64,000 nt of DNA, taken from positions 16,027,292-16,091,291 of the forward strand of contig OZ037767.1 of assembly GCA_964035545.1 (NCBI GenBank), read 5' to 3'. Shown one piece after another: positions 41,401 to 52,346 of this stretch. Every line of letters begins with the position of its first letter. The first letter of the stretch is position 1. The notes under the pieces were generated by a model. It had not been told where the DNA came from, did not search any database, and saw only the letters and a program-made list of their open reading frames with translations. Origin of the DNA: Bugula neritina (Eukaryota; Animalia; Bryozoa). The translations under genes were made by a program, and so were the position numbers.

Positions 41401-43195
41401 TATTCTCCACAATGAGCAGCAACAACACATATGGTGAGTGACTATGCATACAATACTTGTATTTTTCTAATTTAATAGGCAACATTAAAAAGAATATTCT
41501 ATCTTGAAATTTTGGAACTGAATTATATCTGAAAGTAATTAAAAACATTCTCATAACTAGGCCTTTAGTTAAAAAATCTTTTTTAATGTTTTTCTATTTT
41601 TAAAATGTAACTATATTAATAAAATAAATATATAATGTACTATATTTTATTTTATTGTACTATTCGAACTATTACCGTTATTTTATTATCTTGTATGCCA
41701 GGCGGGCTGAAATATAAATGTGACATTAATATATGTGCTTACAAATATATTTTATTTCATCTAACAATAGATTGTAATTTTTATTTCCTGCCAAACAAGC
41801 AACTTACAGAAAATTTGAGTGAAAAAATCAAAGCTAAAAGTCTATTTCTGTAGTAGATTACATAACATTTTAAAGACTGCTGCTTTAACCATATATATTA
41901 ACTGCTTTGAATTCAGCAGCAATCAGTCTGTATATCTGGTGTTGGCGAAGAATATTTTTAATTTGCATTTATTATTAGTTCAACACACCCAGCTAAGACT
42001 TTCTCTACATTTAACTGTGAAATTATAATTGCAGAATCAACACATGCCAATAGTAGTTATAACTGCTAGTTATATTCAGTATTTTATATTTTGTTTGCTT
42101 AAATGATTATAAAGCTATTCTTTATAGGCCAGTAAATTTTTATTGGATTTATTCAGCTTTAACAGTACAAAAACCATATTTTGTCACTTATGCTGCCTAT
42201 TTCTCTCCTAATAAACAAAAGTTTTTATTATTTTGGCATGGGCATGTTTCTTCAAGGTCTTTTAGGTAAAAGAAATTTAAGAGTTCAACAGTTTAATTTA
42301 TTTACAGGCCAATGAATGAAAATTTCGTAATTACGTATCATAATTATTATGTAATAAAATATGCTCTCAAGAGACTCACATCTTTGAAAAGCTGTATGAT
42401 TGCTGGCCAATCTGTGAGAATTAAAAATTGAGAAACTCAGAAAGCTAAAAATTAAAGCCTGTAAATATGAAGTTACATAATAGAGTAGCTGGTATTAGCT
42501 GGTAATTATACAGTCAGCTTGGTAAGTGCTGTGCATGTGAGCTAAGTCTATGGAATCTGCTCTACTTATACTAAATTTGGTAAAATAGTTTTCAGAGTTT
42601 AGGTTGTCTTCAACACAAAGAATTATTCACTAACCAATCTTAAGCAGTTTTTAGAAAGGGGGGATTTAATAGTAAACATCTATGGAAGGGGAGGTGATGG
42701 TATGACAAAGGTTTGGAATGAGCTGCACTTTAGCGTAGGTAACTTATAACTATTGTTTACATCTCGTAACTCAGAGTGGTAAATATTAGGAGTGTTGAGA
42801 TTAGGTAATGTTACGGAATCATATGGGCGCCATTATGCCGAGATTGGTACAGCGAGTTTATATAAAATATGAAGGAAAATTTTTGTCACTTTTGTTATTT
42901 TACTCTTTTTCTATTTTATATGTACATTTTTTTTAGTTTTGTTTATCGGTAACACATTTTTTATGCACATAAAATTTTTAAGAAAATAAAAACTTAATCA
43001 TGCACGTAAGTACAAAGCTATAAAGTTGAAGCTTCCCTGTGATTACAATGTGAATATGAATTGAATAATGCTTGCAATAACCATTCTACACAAAACACCT
43101 TACAGTTGCTATAAATGTAAGACTAGTAAATTGGATGCAAATAGGCACAGTAATACTACTTAAGTTATGCTATTTTTGAAATTTGTGGTAAATAT

Positions 43196-45358
43196 TTGGC
43201 ATGTATATATAAACACTACCAGAAAAAGAAGGCAAAACAATCTATCAATGAAGTCAAGCAATATCTTCAAAAGAAATTAAGTTTGCTTTTTTATCTAGTC
43301 CTTATAAGTAGAATAACCTCTCGTATTTTAAAGGAACGCAAATTTATTCATTGCAAACATGACCGAAAAATTAAGCAACTTCGAAACTACATTCAAGACC
43401 CTAAAGCTCAAGAATTAGACACTATGAAAAGCCTACACAATTTCTCTTCAATTCAACTTACAAATCAACAACAACAAGCTATTGCCAGAGGATTAGATGT
43501 ACACATTCCTACAAAAACCAACAATATTCATATTAAATCACAACTCGAATCTTTCTACCAACAAATTTCCTCAAATCAACATCAAGTATCTGAAGATAAG
43601 CTTGAAGTAATTAAAGGTAAACTCTTAGATACGTACTCCAAATTTATAAATATTAAGATGCCAAAATATTTTGATGATGCTCTAAAGAAATTGAAAAATA
43701 ATAAGGATATCGCATTAATTAAACAAGACAAAGGAAAAGGTACTGTTGTCATGAATAAGAAGGATTACATCAACAAATGTTTAGAAATACTATATACACC
43801 AAAATTTTCAACATGTTCCACAGATCCAACAAAAACTATTGAAAATCGAATACAATTAGAATTACGTAGTATCAAAAAACATTTTTCTGACACTGACTAC
43901 AAAAGGATATATCCAACAGGTTCAGCACCTGGGAAATTTTACGGGATGGCCAAAATACACAAACTCAAACAAGGAGATGGTATAGAGAAGCTACAAATGC
44001 GACCAATAATTTCTAACATAGGCACTGCATCATACCAACTTGCGAAATACCTGGCCAAAATGCTAAAACCACTTAGTGAATCTGAAAGTAATATCGAATC
44101 AACCGATAGTTTTCTTACATATATACGGCAACTTCATATTCCAGCAAACCATCAACTGATATCATTTGATGTTGTTTCCCTCTTTACTTCTGTACCACTT
44201 GACTACACGATTTCAGCAATCATAACTGATATTTATGAGAAACAACGAATCCAAACAACTATACCAAAAAAGAAAATGATAAACTTACTCAACCTTTGTA
44301 CAAAACAAGTTCACTTTACTTTCAACGATATCATTTATACACAGACGGATGGTGTTGCTATGGGATCTCCTCTAGGACCAATAATTGCGAATATATTCAT
44401 GACAAAACTAGAACAGAAAGTATTACCAAAATTGAATTCAATGTCACCTTGGGTGAGATACATAGATGACACATTTGCAACCATAGACCCTGATTATATT
44501 AACACAACACTCAACACACTTAATAATTTTCATCCTAACATAAAATTTACACACGAACTAGAAACCAATAAATCACTTTCTTTTCTGGATGTTACAGTTT
44601 TGCGACACAATAGCTCAGTGGAAACCACAGTATTCCGCAAGCCAACACATAACGATACATATTTACATTGGAACTCTTTCTCACTAAAAACATGGAAGCT
44701 AAGCACACTCAAGTCACTAGTATTAAGGGCTAATAAAATCTGTTCTACTCCAGCACTTAAGACCCAAGAACTTAACTATATTCGAAATGTTTTTGAACAT
44801 AAAAATGGTTACCCTAAATATGTAATAGAGAAAACTATTAACAACATTGGTGACGGACTACTTAGTGAAAAAGACAACAGGAAACACATTTTACTCCAGC
44901 TGCCTTATAAAGGAGTAACAGGAGAAAAACTAATCCGCTCCCTCAATAAATTAATTACAGACTCTTTTTCAAATGAACTCAATGCCCGGATTTTATTTAA
45001 AGGAACCCCTTTAAGTTCACATTTTAATCTCAAAGATAAAACCAATAAAGAACACATTCACAACTTAGTCTACAAAATAACCTGCCCTGAAGCTACCTGT
45101 CAACAAACATATGTAGGCGAAACCGGACGTCGCCTATCACACAGGATACATGAACACTGCCATGACATCAATTCCAAAATTTATCAACACTCTTCCACCA
45201 CTAATCATGGAAACATATCAATAGACAATGTAACAGTTTTAAATCATTCATTTAAAGGAATCCACCATCGAAAAGTAGCCGAAGTTCTCTACATTAAACA
45301 AATAAAACCGCAACTCAATAAACAAAATTACTCCATACCACTAAAACTATATCAATAG
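43196..45358 (+). CDS. PLE reverse transcriptase + GIY-YIG endonuclease (N-terminus truncated; first codons come from the host element)
   Basis: KQDKGKGTVV, FYGMAKIHK, MRPIIS, ISFDVVSLFTSVP, GVAMGSPLGP, RYIDD, FLDV, VFRKPTH; LVYKITC...C...YVGETGR...RIHEH. Confidence 0.95.
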   Translation: MACIYKHYQKKKAKQSINEVKQYLQKKLSLLFYLVLISRITSRILKERKFIHCKHDRKIKQLRNYIQDPKAQELDTMKSLHNFSSIQLTNQQQQAIARGLDVHIPTKTNNIHIKSQLESFYQQISSNQHQVSEDKLEVIKGKLLDTYSKFINIKMPKYFDDALKKLKNNKDIALIKQDKGKGTVVMNKKDYINKCLEILYTPKFSTCSTDPTKTIENRIQLELRSIKKHFSDTDYKRIYPTGSAPGKFYGMAKIHKLKQGDGIEKLQMRPIISNIGTASYQLAKYLAKMLKPLSESESNIESTDSFLTYIRQLHIPANHQLISFDVVSLFTSVPLDYTISAIITDIYEKQRIQTTIPKKKMINLLNLCTKQVHFTFNDIIYTQTDGVAMGSPLGPIIANIFMTKLEQKVLPKLNSMSPWVRYIDDTFATIDPDYINTTLNTLNNFHPNIKFTHELETNKSLSFLDVTVLRHNSSVETTVFRKPTHNDTYLHWNSFSLKTWKLSTLKSLVLRANKICSTPALKTQELNYIRNVFEHKNGYPKYVIEKTINNIGDGLLSEKDNRKHILLQLPYKGVTGEKLIRSLNKLITDSFSNELNARILFKGTPLSSHFNLKDKTNKEHIHNLVYKITCPEATCQQTYVGETGRRLSHRIHEHCHDINSKIYQHSSTTNHGNISIDNVTVLNHSFKGIHHRKVAEVLYIKQIKPQLNKQNYSIPLKLYQ

Positions 45359-45700
45359 CTCCACACTACTCAACTCTCGCATAGTTTCACTAATTCTTGC
45401 CATTTTTATACTTGGATATCTATATTTTTTTTTGTCAACTCTAATTTATTTTTTATGCAAAACAATCAGTATAATTTTTGACCTGCGTAACATATAAAAT
45501 AAGATTATCTCCCTAAGTTTCAATAATTTACAATAACTGCCACTCTCTACTCTTTGTGTCATGCATAACGTCTAACGTAACATAATAATTTTTGAATTTC
45601 ATTCATTGCTACTCTGAAGATGGGTACAGTGGTACCCGAAATATTAGTAGAATTATTTTACATATAATAAAGTAATAAATCAACAATGTTTCTCGTATAC

Positions 45701-45705
<5 letters not shown>
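43211..45705 (+). mobile_element. Penelope-like retroelement (Penelope/Poseidon type), 5'-truncated, inserted in a (TA)n tract
   Basis: Uninterrupted RT plus GIY-YIG ORF, hammerhead in the 3' region, TA repeats on both flanks. Confidence 0.93.
45609..45650 (+). ncRNA. Minimal type I hammerhead ribozyme of the Penelope element
   Basis: CTACT-CTGAAGA-T-GGGTAC(AGTG)GTACCC-GAAA-TATT-AGTAG: stem I, CUGANGA core, 6-bp stem II, GAAA, vestigial palindromic stem III (AATATT). Confidence 0.85.
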
Positions 45706-45783
<78 letters not shown>

Positions 45784-45815
45784 CATATATATATACATAT
45801 ATATATACATATATA
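45706..45815. repeat. (TA)n microsatellite
   Basis: Directly visible. Confidence 0.95.
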
Positions 45816-45915
45816 TAATACATGCCAAATATTTACTACAGATTTAAAAAATAGCATAAATTAAGTAGTATTACGGTGCCTATTTGCATCTAATTTACTA
45901 GTCTTACATTTATAG

Positions 45916-46223
45916 TGTTATGTTTTTCAGAATTAGGGTTGATGTGCAATCAAGAGAGTCTATTTAGTGCGAGAGAACTTCACCAAGATAAGCCGAGTCA
46001 ATAAGAGTATATTTTGAATATAAGATACATAATAAAAACGGTACAGAGTATTCAGAAATCTACACGTCTTTTTAATCTATCACACTATAATTCACAACTG
46101 GCTAGTAGCGCGAAGCTAACTACTGCTACTCACTAGCAGCTTCGCTAATTGGCTGAGTACATTGTTTCGGGTCAATACGCGACCCTGCGTATTGTGCTGT
46201 TGGTAGCTCCACGAGCCACCACA
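45916..46223. mobile_element. Solo LTR (308 bp) in the right arm of the foldback element
   Basis: TG...CA termini, 4-bp TSD ATAG (45912-45915, 46224-46227); absent from the left arm. Confidence 0.85.
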
Positions 46224-47862
46224 ATAGCAACTGTAACGTATTTTGTGTAAAATGGTTATTGCAAGTATTATTCAATTCATATTCACGTTGTAATCACAGC
46301 GAAGCTTAAACTTTATAGTTTTGTATTTACGTGCATGATTGAGTTTTAATTTTTTTTTAAATTTTATATGCATTGAAAATATGTTTAAAAACTTTACCAA
46401 TAAACAAAATTAAAAAAAAAAGGACACATAAATTAAAAAAAAATAAAATCACATAATTGGCAAAATTTTTCCTTTATAACTTAAATAAACTCGCGGTACC
46501 GATAGCGGCATTATGATTTTTCATGGTTTAAAGTCAACACTCCTAATATACCACACTGTCGTAACTAAGTAGCTAGCCGCCACAATTAGCGATCCCTGAC
46601 TCCGGCGCCAAAGGTTTCATTTGATTTAGTCAATGGACGTTTCCGTAGTTACCAGGTTACCAAGTGTCCGGCCAGTTTACAGACCGATACTATAATAATA
46701 GAAATAAAAATATACTCACGTGTAGGTTGAGTAATATCATTATTTTTCAAATTAATATGGTACTTTACCATGTTTACTGTTTATTTACATTGTATTTATA
46801 CTTACTCTTAGTCTTACTCTAACAATAACGGTAACGACTAACTCTTACTCTTAGTGAATTACTATAACTCTGTAACACACTAATACTCTAATAGTAATAC
46901 TAATACTAATAGTAATAATATTTCCTATTTAGTATTTAAGCGTGTCATTCTCTAAATTAAAATCATTATAATATTATTTAAAATTGAATAGTTGGTAATC
47001 TTTAACTTCAAATGTATAACAATAAATTATTGTTATAAACTCAAAGTTGAAGATTACCATATTAATCAAATGATATATATTATTGAATATTCTATTATAT
47101 TTATTATTATATTACTTATTCAAAAAGTTATTGTTATAATAAACTTAATGATTTTAATTGACTTCAAGTTTAGGGTCAAGTTTTAATAATGGAAAATTGA
47201 TCTACTACTAGTACAAGTTTTTAGATTCATGTTACAGTTACTCAATTTGAATATCAGAATACCTTACCCACGGTACTAGTCAGTTAATAACCACAATGAA
47301 TAGTAATCACTGCATGCAATCACTGTTTACAATCTTTCACCTTGCAAAGTCTTCTCACTATATTATCATGATGTATTCAATCACTGTATGGTTTAATCCG
47401 CTTTTGTATGTATATAGATCTTCTCATCAGTTTTGGTAAGGAAAGTATTAGCTAGCGCAAAATCACTGCTTCTTGCATAATCTAGTATTTTCTCTCCATC
47501 ATCATTCCTGACTTACCTTTATGCCATCTCTCAAAGCCCTCCAGTCTAACTGTTCAGTCATGTCCATTCCGGTCTCCTGCAAATATTGTAGTGAGGACGT
47601 AATACGCGCGTCCCCCGCATTCCTTCAGCCTATCCAAGTGCGTCACGTGATAGGCCTTAGTTAGTTAGTAGTAGTTTTGCAGTAGAGAGAGCGTGCTAAC
47701 TAAGCGAAGATGTAATCTCTAATCTGTGTACGAGCTGTATCTTTTATATAATTAGTAGTAAATAAACTTGGAAGCTTTTACCTAAATACTTTATTGGTGT
47801 AGATAAATAGACATAATTACAAGCTAGGAACCCACGCATAGTAGTTACATAAATTACTACAG

Positions 47863-47880
47863 TGGTGGCAGCGGTGGGAT
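47863..47880 (+). promoter_or_regulatory. Primer-binding site, tRNA-Leu
   Basis: TGGTGGCAGCGGTGGGAT is complementary to the 3' end ATCCCACCGCTGCCACCA of animal tRNA-Leu(AAG-type). Confidence 0.88.
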
Positions 47881-47896
47881 CTTGCGTATAGCAGTC

Positions 47897-48847
47897 ATGG
47901 CAGAAGACGGCACGGAGCTACCCATTCCACTGAATGAAGGTGAGAGAGATAATGTTGATATACCTGTGGAACCAGTGGTGTTAGATGAAGAAGTGAGAAT
48001 TCTTAGAGAGCATGGTGAAGATAGATATCGGCTGAAGGCGCCCAACTTCACTGGCGAAGAAGCAGTGGAGCAGTTCATCCAAGAATTCCAGGATGTGATG
48101 GAGATTGCAGAATGGCCGCCAAGGGTGGCGTTGCTAAAGCTCAGGATGGCGCTGACGGGCAAAGCTAAGCCGTACGGAGCTGGACCTGACATAGACGGAA
48201 TCTTTGCTTCCCTGCGGGCCCGTTTTGGCATCTCTCCCATAGATGCGCGGGCCCGTCTACAGAGGATGCGGCGTGATCCTCACACGTCACTAGAAGAGCA
48301 CGCTGCCACGGTGTACCCATTAGCGCAGATTGCATTCCGCGATCTGCCTCCGGTACACCGTGAGAGGTATACCTATGATGCCTTCGTGCAGTCCATCAAC
48401 GACTTGGGGCTCCACCATCAACTCCAAGCGAGGGGAGTCACCACAGTCGAAGATGCACTTGCGGTGGGAGAAGCCTATCTCTTGGCGACTCATATGCACC
48501 GCAACCGCGTGGCCTCCCGCCAGGTGACCACGGAGCACTCTACTGCTCCCACCGAATTAAATGCGGAACCCTCCGCGGTGGCTAGTGTGAACCAGATGTC
48601 ACTAGCGTCAAAAATCTCACAGATGTCTGACATGCTAGATAAACTGGTCACCACATTAGCCTCCCCAAGCCAGGTAGATACTGCCCGTGAGCCTTGCGGG
48701 CCGCAGGTACAATCACCAGGCATGGGGCACCATTTCTGCTGGGAATGCGGAAAGCCAGGACATTTCCAGAGAAACTGCCCTCAACTCCCACCAGGGTTAA
48801 ACTACCCCGGCCCGCAGATGTTCCCACCTCCTGCGAGCCGTCTGTGA
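47897..48847 (+). CDS. gag: Gag with CCHC zinc knuckle
   Basis: Intact ORF after the PBS; APNFTGEEAVEQFIQEF...W...LTGKAK; CWECGKPGHFQRNC. Confidence 0.9.
   Translation: MAEDGTELPIPLNEGERDNVDIPVEPVVLDEEVRILREHGEDRYRLKAPNFTGEEAVEQFIQEFQDVMEIAEWPPRVALLKLRMALTGKAKPYGAGPDIDGIFASLRARFGISPIDARARLQRMRRDPHTSLEEHAATVYPLAQIAFRDLPPVHRERYTYDAFVQSINDLGLHHQLQARGVTTVEDALAVGEAYLLATHMHRNRVASRQVTTEHSTAPTELNAEPSAVASVNQMSLASKISQMSDMLDKLVTTLASPSQVDTAREPCGPQVQSPGMGHHFCWECGKPGHFQRNCPQLPPGLNYPGPQMFPPPASRL
48796..48840 (+). promoter_or_regulatory. Putative -1 ribosomal frameshift signal (G TTA AAC + stem-loop)
   Basis: In-frame heptamer followed by cggcccgcag...ctgcgagccg; the -1 frame (ORF 48694-49080) is open; equivalent signal in the related element at 32992-32948 (minus). 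Confidence 0.65.
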
Positions 48848-49114
48848 ATCACCCAGGGAGGCCCGCGCGTCTGTCGCCCCGCTGGGCGCCGCGCGGAGAT
48901 GCTGTGAAGTGGCGACCCCCGCGGCAAGTAGGCTCAAGCCACTCGCCGCCTGGGTCCTCTACGCCACTCCGGCACCAACACGGAGCCGGCAGACGGTTGA
49001 CCACAGAGCCTGCGAGGGAAACGGTACAAGCGCCGCAAGGCGTACTGCCCCAACCTCGGCAGCTGGTCAATAGTCGATAGTCAATAGTGGACCCCTCGAC
49101 CCACAGCGAGGGAG

Positions 49115-50050
49115 GTGCAACCACGGCACACTCAATTGCAGCCGCACGGAAGTAGCTACTTCCTGTACCGAGCGAAACAGGAGGGGCGACGACCCAGTAG
49201 TACACAACGGCGACAGGGATGCGCCGAGTTACGGCTGTACTGTCAACGTTGGAGCTCTCTGCGGGTCGGGCCAGATGGTCTGCTAACCATGACCTTGGCC
49301 ACCAACAGCAGACAGCCAGCCAGGAAGAGGGTTGTCTGCCCAGTTGCCATCCGCCGGAAGTTGATACAAGACACTCACGAGGAGACTCACGGAGGAGTCC
49401 AAGGGGTGGTCACCAAGCTACAACTCCGGTGGTACTGGCCTAACATGGAACGGGATATCCGACGCAGAGTGAGACGGTGCAAAGTCTGCCAGACCAACAA
49501 GCATAGCCGTCTCCCTGGTGAAGTGGGGCGGCAGACGCATTGTGCGAGAAGGTCTCGGCAGGCGGAGACTGTCAACCTGGCCGGAAACACCTCCATGACA
49601 CGTCAGGAAGACTTGGCGAGGCGAGAAAGGCCACTTCCGTCCTTGAAAGTGCGCCCACCGCCCCCAACGTCAAGCCTGCCATCATCACCACTTCCGGAAC
49701 CAGAAACAGGTCCGGAAGTGCAAAAACCCCCCGTGGGAGGGGCTCCGCAAGGAGATGCCAACATAGGACCAGCACCACACACTAGGCAACTTCCAGCGTG
49801 TCTCAGAGACTGTGTACGTGACCGCGGTATAAGCGGCAGTAACAAAAGTCTAGAGAGGCCTCGCGTAGGAAAACAGGCAAAGAGCCGTGGGAGTTGTGAT
49901 CACCACGAGAATCTCAACTTTTGCCTCGGCGGAATCTCACACGAGATTCATCCGCTGGAAGTGAAAAGCCCTAGTCACGTTTCACAACCACGCTGTCCGG
50001 TCTTTTCCTATGTTGATGCAGTCGAGAGTAGACGTGCCAGTAAACAGTAA
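49115..50050 (+). pseudogene. Internally deleted pol: protease start fused to the integrase HHCC domain; RT, RNase H and integrase core absent
   Basis: QPHGSSYFL (compare QPYGSSYFL preceding the protease of the 32-34 kb element) runs into THEETHGG...WYWPNMERDIRRRVRRCKVCQ. Confidence 0.85.
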
Positions 50051-50407
50051 TCAGATACCACTTTCATTCCAAAATGTCTTACTATTCTGGATCGAAGGGT
50101 GAGTTAATTATGTTTTTGGTACGATAACTAGACTGCATCAGTCAGCTACACTAGCTAGCTGGAGATTCGATAATGATAAACAGTGGTGGGAATACACGTC
50201 GACTTTGATTTTAAATAATCTGTCATAGCGAGTGTGTTCTCCATCAACTATTCATTAGCCTGAATCTCACGAGTGTAACTGAACAGAGTACCGGTCAGGC
50301 TGTACACGCCGACGGTGTCTCAGTGTATAATCTTTAACACTGCTACTCTTTCAGATCACACTCGAGTGACCACCTCCCGGTCACGGGACCAGCCAACCTC
50401 TCTGTCT

Positions 50408-51121
50408 ATGGAAGAAGAGCCTGTAATGGAGAATGGCATACCAGTAGTACTCCGCCGACGACACCGTTGGGTGTCACCCACGACAGAGAGGAAAATTGAA
50501 GAAGCCTGGGGACCCAGTGGACCACACCGAACCTGCCAGGTCTGCTTTGAGGAGTGCCCGTCGCACCGCTCCTTGCGTTTACATGTAGATGCCCATTTCC
50601 TACTCCACTTCTGTCCCTGCGGCTTCCACGACGTCTACCCGTATCCCGTGACAGTACATAAGCTAAGCTGCTTCGCCGGAGAGAACCACACTGTTGATGA
50701 AGACAGTTTCCCCCTATACCTGGATGCCATCAAACCAGTCATCAGGAAGGCTATTACCCTGGCCGCACTAACGTCAGGGTTTCACGTACTGTTACTATCT
50801 GCCCGCCATAAGTCCCCTATGGTTCAAGGCCCACCTCCTACCCCCGTCAACCCTAGCAACACCCCAGAAGTAGAAGAAACAACCATATCCCGTATAACGG
50901 AGACCCCCCTAACCCCACCAAGACCTAGCCAGCTGGCTAACGTAGAAGAGCGGCTTCTAAGACTGCAAGCCGAGTTCACACAACTTGCCCCTGACTTGCT
51001 GGATACGACGACAGGTCTATACCAGTTGAAGGACTCAGTGGGACGACTGAAGAGGCGGCCACGGGCCCGACAGGCTCGACACAGAGCACGGTCGCTACAA
51101 GAAGCAGAGTCCAACCAATGA
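50408..51121 (+). CDS. ORF3a: uncharacterised zinc-finger + Pro-rich + coiled-coil protein in the env position
   Basis: CQVC-x12-HVDAH, then FCPCG...HKLSC; Pro/Thr linker; heptads LANVEERLLRLQAEF...LYQLKDSVGRL; basic tail; candidate acceptor ctcttttcag at 50355. Confidence 0.75.
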   Translation: MEEEPVMENGIPVVLRRRHRWVSPTTERKIEEAWGPSGPHRTCQVCFEECPSHRSLRLHVDAHFLLHFCPCGFHDVYPYPVTVHKLSCFAGENHTVDEDSFPLYLDAIKPVIRKAITLAALTSGFHVLLLSARHKSPMVQGPPPTPVNPSNTPEVEETTISRITETPLTPPRPSQLANVEERLLRLQAEFTQLAPDLLDTTTGLYQLKDSVGRLKRRPRARQARHRARSLQEAESNQ

Positions 51122-51411
51122 GAATGCCTGGGGTAGGCACCTTCGTTGAGCTATAGCTCGTTTAGGATGTGACGAGCGCTCCGACATTGGCCCGCGTGCT
51201 GGTAAGCACCCTCTCTCTTAATAGCTGACTAGATGTGTGTGATCGATCACCCTGTTGTCTTCTAATGTAAACGTTGTCGTGTTTAACTATTTCTTTTCTT
51301 ACTCTTTGTGGGTTTACTTATGAATATTTCCTTTTTGGATTATTGTATGGTTTTTCATTATGTTTTTTTATTGTGTTATCAGAAAGTAGGGCTTTCTGCT
51401 GGGGGGGACGG

Positions 51412-51762
51412 TGTAGTGAGTAGTGCAAGTACAAATACAGGAATCGCCCTCTCCCTATTCTTGGAATACTTAGACTCTTATGTAGCAACCAATTAGCAGC
51501 TCCGGAAGATATGCTTCCGAGTCACGTGACACTTCCCGGGTTATTAAGATTATATCACGTTGTTGTAAGCGGAGGCTTGTAGTAGTAACATGTGTTAGTA
51601 GTTGACTCTTGTAAAGGATAATTGATGTGATGTTTGGTTTATGCTTTATTGTGGATAATAAATATACTTACTCGACAGCTACCTTAGTAATTGATAACAG
51701 AATAACCAGCTAACTATACGCAAGTAAATAACTCACGCTCAGTAATTGCACAAATTACTACA
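51412..51762 (+). mobile_element. Internal LTR of a second family (LTR2, 351 bp) preceded by its own PPT
   Basis: Begins TGTAGTGAG and ends AAATTACTACA like LTR1 but differs internally; preceded by gggggggacgg; followed by ATAT. Confidence 0.88.
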
Positions 51763-52346
51763 ATATTCCCCAACATTACTTCACCACCTTTTGTCCCTGT
51801 GGTGAATATAGTTACCACAGGGACTACATCCTCCGTCACCAACGAACCATGGGATGCCATATTGGACACCTATTCGAAGTCGACGAACCCTCCTTTCCAC
51901 AATTCCTTAATCTCATCCGACCGTTCATATCAGACCCAGTTCGATATGAACGGCTGCGCCAGGAGTTCCCCGCACCCAGGACCATCACACAGGGACCCTG
52001 CCCTAAACCACCCGGATATAGGAAACCCCGCATATCCCATTCCTCACCCTCCGCACGCACAGTGCCTCGCCCCGACTCTATACCAAGAGTCGTGTTACGA
52101 CGCATCGATATACCACAGCGATGGCGTCCCTCCCCCCCTGTCTCCCCAAGGCCGTCTCGTAAGCGGCGTTGGCCATCTTCATCCCCCAATCGACACTCTG
52201 CCCCCGCCAGGAATCTAGGCGAGGCAGAAGAGCGGATACGAGAATTAGAGAAAGAGGTGCAAAGACTGACACCGAGAATCTCCGCCGCCGCATCAGAACT
52301 CCGGGCCCTCTCTGCCTCTGTAGCCCGAATGAAAGGAAGTGCTTGA
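51763..52346 (+). pseudogene. ORF3b: 5'-truncated paralogue of ORF3a
   Basis: Frame reads IPQHYFTTFCPCGEYSYHRDYILRHQRTMGCHIGHLFEVDEPSFPQFLNLIRPFI...LGEAEERIRELEKEV, aligning with ORF3a HVDAHFLLHFCPCG...HTVDEDSFPLYLDAIKPVI...LANVEERLLRL. Confidence 0.8.

Larger units (their letters stand above)
42772..46558. mobile_element. Non-autonomous foldback DNA transposon (hAT-like) with ~440-bp inverted arms and a (TA)n centre; hosts a Penelope element and a solo LTR
   Basis: 8-bp TSD TCGTAACT (42764-42771, 46559-46566); single empty site ctcgtaactaagt at ~22661; termini CAGAGTGGTAAATATTAGGAGTGTTGA versus reverse-complemented CAGTGTGGTATATTAGGAGTGTTGA. Confidence 0.9.

Noticed and set aside
50315-51121. 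ORF3a as an env gene
   Set aside because: No signal peptide, fusion peptide or transmembrane anchor visible; zinc-finger and coiled-coil motifs instead.
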